Shown here: one piece after another, positions 61,978-64,000 of the stretch
Numbering within the stretch: position 1 is the first letter of the stretch
Layout: every line of letters begins with the position of its first letter
NCBI GenBank assembly: GCA_963737155.1
Contig: CAVTRN010000002.1
Location: 1,600,001-1,664,000 of the forward strand
Direction: 5' to 3'
Length of the DNA stretch: 64,000 nucleotides
DNA from: Nitrospirota bacterium
GTDB taxonomy: Bacteria; Nitrospirota; UBA9217
Made by a program: the position numbers and the translations under genes
Notes under the pieces: model-generated
What the model was told of the DNA's origin: nothing
The model's input: the letters and a program-made list of their open reading frames with translations, nothing else
Database searches by the model: none

Positions 61978-62481
61978 ATGTCGAAATTCGGCGCATCCTG
62001 GGGATTTGCGGGGGTAATGCTTTTGCTCGGCAGCGCCGTATATCGGCTGACGCCGATTGCTGTTGAAGCTTTCTATTACAATTGGTTCTGGTACCACACG
62101 ATCGCCTCCATTCTCATCCTGATCTTCATGGCTTATGTGGAAGGATATCGCGCTTTCCAGCTGGCTTTTTCACCGCGCGTGGCAGCGCGGGCGCGGTATC
62201 TACTGACGCATTCCAATTTCCTTCATACCATGCTGGCGCCATTGTTCTGCATGGCTTACTTTGACGCTCCGCGCAGACGTCGGATTGCCTCCCTCTCAGT
62301 GACGGCCGGTATCATTGTGTTGATCATCCTGGTGCGGCTCATTCATCAACCATGGCGTGGCATCATCGATGGCGGGGTGATCGTGGGTCTCGTTTGGGGA
62401 CTGGTTTCACTCGCTGTATTCGGGTACCAGGCTTTTACGTATGAAATATTTCCTTACGTTCCAGAAGTTCCTGAAGAATAG
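61978..62481 (+). CDS. Hypothetical membrane protein
   Basis: Hydrophobic segments with EGYRAFQ..FSPRVAAR and QPWRGIID; GGAGG upstream. Confidence 0.75.
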   Translation: MSKFGASWGFAGVMLLLGSAVYRLTPIAVEAFYYNWFWYHTIASILILIFMAYVEGYRAFQLAFSPRVAARARYLLTHSNFLHTMLAPLFCMAYFDAPRRRRIASLSVTAGIIVLIILVRLIHQPWRGIIDGGVIVGLVWGLVSLAVFGYQAFTYEIFPYVPEVPEE

Positions 62482-62546
62482 CATTACCGCAAACGGCGGC
62501 ATCCGGACCAGCACCATGGGATTTTGATTTTCGTGAGGAGTGTGAA

Positions 62547-63572
62547 TTGGAACTTGACGCAAAAACAATCCCCGGGACGCTTGTTGTATTCCTGATCGGG
62601 CAGACCTGTGCGAATCTCGAGGCGACTGACGTAGTGGCGATCAAACCGGTAAAGAGCGCACCGAGCTATCCTGACGTTATTCCTACGCAGAAGATCATTA
62701 AAATAGAAAAACGACCTGTCGATGGAAGAGAAGTCGGTTTCCTGGTAAAGGCATATCTCCCGGATATCGTTGTCGTCGAGGCATCTTTCGAGCCCGACAA
62801 TATTCTTGCCGAAATGACGCTGGACATCAAACGCTCACTGATCGTCGAATGCAGGAAAATATTGGGAGAATACACCTGTGATCCGGAATATGATGAAGAG
62901 TATAGCGTGTACTGCGTTGCCGGTTACAGCGGAGATCCCGAAGTGTACCTTTCCCAGTACGGCGATAAGATCGCGGCGTTTCTCAAAAATGAACGGATAC
63001 TTCTTGACGAGGAAGAGGTAAAGGCCACACTGTCGTCGAACCTGAAATACGGCAAGGATGATATTACGATTGTGGATTGGGACGGCGCTTTTATATTCGA
63101 TTCCAACGGGGATTTCCAGAGCAACATAGAATTATTCGAAATCGCCAACCTCCAGCTCCTGAAATCGCGCATTCTTGCTGATGATCTTGAGGATCGGATG
63201 GGAAAGGCCCTTCGCCTGGTGGGAGCTGCGAAGAAACGGCTGCCGATCCGGTCGGCAGAAGTGCGCAGGGTGGTGAAGGAGATCATCGAGACGCGTACGC
63301 AGTCGATCCTCGAGTCGCAAGCCGTGGAACGGAACATCAAGCTCATCGGGGACTGGTATTCTGCGAAACTTTATTCACTGATCGCGAAAAAATATCATCT
63401 CGACGCTTGGAAATCGAACATCAAAGAAAAACTGGATACACTCGAAGACGTTTATACCATGGCAATAGAGAACTTCAGCGTGTCGTACCGTGCGACGATA
63501 GAATTTATCATCCTTGCGGGCTGGTTTGTGCTGTTGCTTCTGTATGCTGGCGAGTTCCTGTTCATGAAGTAG
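62547..63572 (+). CDS. Hypothetical protein, RMD1/DUF155-like with C-terminal TM helix
   Basis: IVDWDGAFIFD, ELFEIANLQLL, IGDWYSAKLY...W...I.EKL..L and a terminal TM helix; TTG start after GAGGAG. Confidence 0.65.
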   Translation: MELDAKTIPGTLVVFLIGQTCANLEATDVVAIKPVKSAPSYPDVIPTQKIIKIEKRPVDGREVGFLVKAYLPDIVVVEASFEPDNILAEMTLDIKRSLIVECRKILGEYTCDPEYDEEYSVYCVAGYSGDPEVYLSQYGDKIAAFLKNERILLDEEEVKATLSSNLKYGKDDITIVDWDGAFIFDSNGDFQSNIELFEIANLQLLKSRILADDLEDRMGKALRLVGAAKKRLPIRSAEVRRVVKEIIETRTQSILESQAVERNIKLIGDWYSAKLYSLIAKKYHLDAWKSNIKEKLDTLEDVYTMAIENFSVSYRATIEFIILAGWFVLLLLYAGEFLFMK

Positions 63573-63829
63573 GGAAAATTGTGCAACAAGAAGATATTCT
63601 CCCGTCTTTTCATCTGATTTCGGGATGAATATAGCTAGAGTTGCATGTTGCGGGATCAGATCACATCATCGCTGAGATAACTTGTATTTCCTTCTTAAAA
63701 AGCCAGGGATCATGCTATTTTTTGGGGCTTCTCAACCTCGATTCGGAAGGACTTTTTCATCTAACCTCTTTTTTGTCACTAGAACCGACTTGTTCTAGGA
63801 AAAACAGGAATCCGTGACATCGGCGATGT

Positions 63830-64000
63830 CCATGCAAACAGCAAGGAACACTTCATCTCGGATCAATAATTGTAGGCCTGTATTTTACTTCTCGACGAAG
63901 GCGCGACCATCCCTTTTACTTTCCGCTCCTACACGGAGACTGCCGACCCGCTCGATAAAGATGCGATCTCCACGATTCGGGAGCCAGCACTGGTTTCTTC
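63830..64000 (+). pseudogene. Decayed N-terminus of a Tex-family RNA-binding protein
   Basis: ILLLDEGATIPFTFRSYTETADPLDKDAISTIRE resembles Tex LLDEGATVPFIARYRKE.TG.LD. Preceded by in-frame stops and cut by the window end. Confidence 0.55.

Overview
A 64 kb bacterial chromosomal segment from an anaerobe-like organism. Gene content suggests Nitrospirota or Desulfobacterota (Geobacter-like); this is inference only. Left part (1-22.9 kb): a narC-narGHJ-(fmdE pseudogene)-narI operon of the cytoplasmic Geobacter/Nitrobacter-NXR-like clade. It is followed by an oxidative pentose phosphate/glycogen cluster (gnd-tkt-zwf-tal-pgi-rpiB-pgm pseudogene-HEAT-truncated glgP) and an AT-rich decayed accessory patch containing a direct-repeat-flanked orphan, integrase remnants and a RelE/ParE TA pair. 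This part ends at an isolated 5' half of tRNA-Sec (selC) with adjacent tandem repeats, which looks like the attachment site of an island extending left. Middle: ftsH; a complete ISL3 element (inverted repeats plus 8-bp target duplication) carrying an MNT-HEPN toxin-antitoxin pair coupled to its transposase; a KefC-like antiporter, GGDEF protein, MFS transporter, HTH protein, selB, selA, rnr, PaaI thioesterase, glnE and nhaA. Right: two divergent tandem six-gene hydrogenase-4-like (Ehr) operons whose large subunits lack the Ni-Fe ligand motifs, then a membrane protein, an RMD1/DUF155-like gene and a Tex remnant. Several core genes look leaderless. All calls come from reading the sequence and recalled motifs; no database searches were run.
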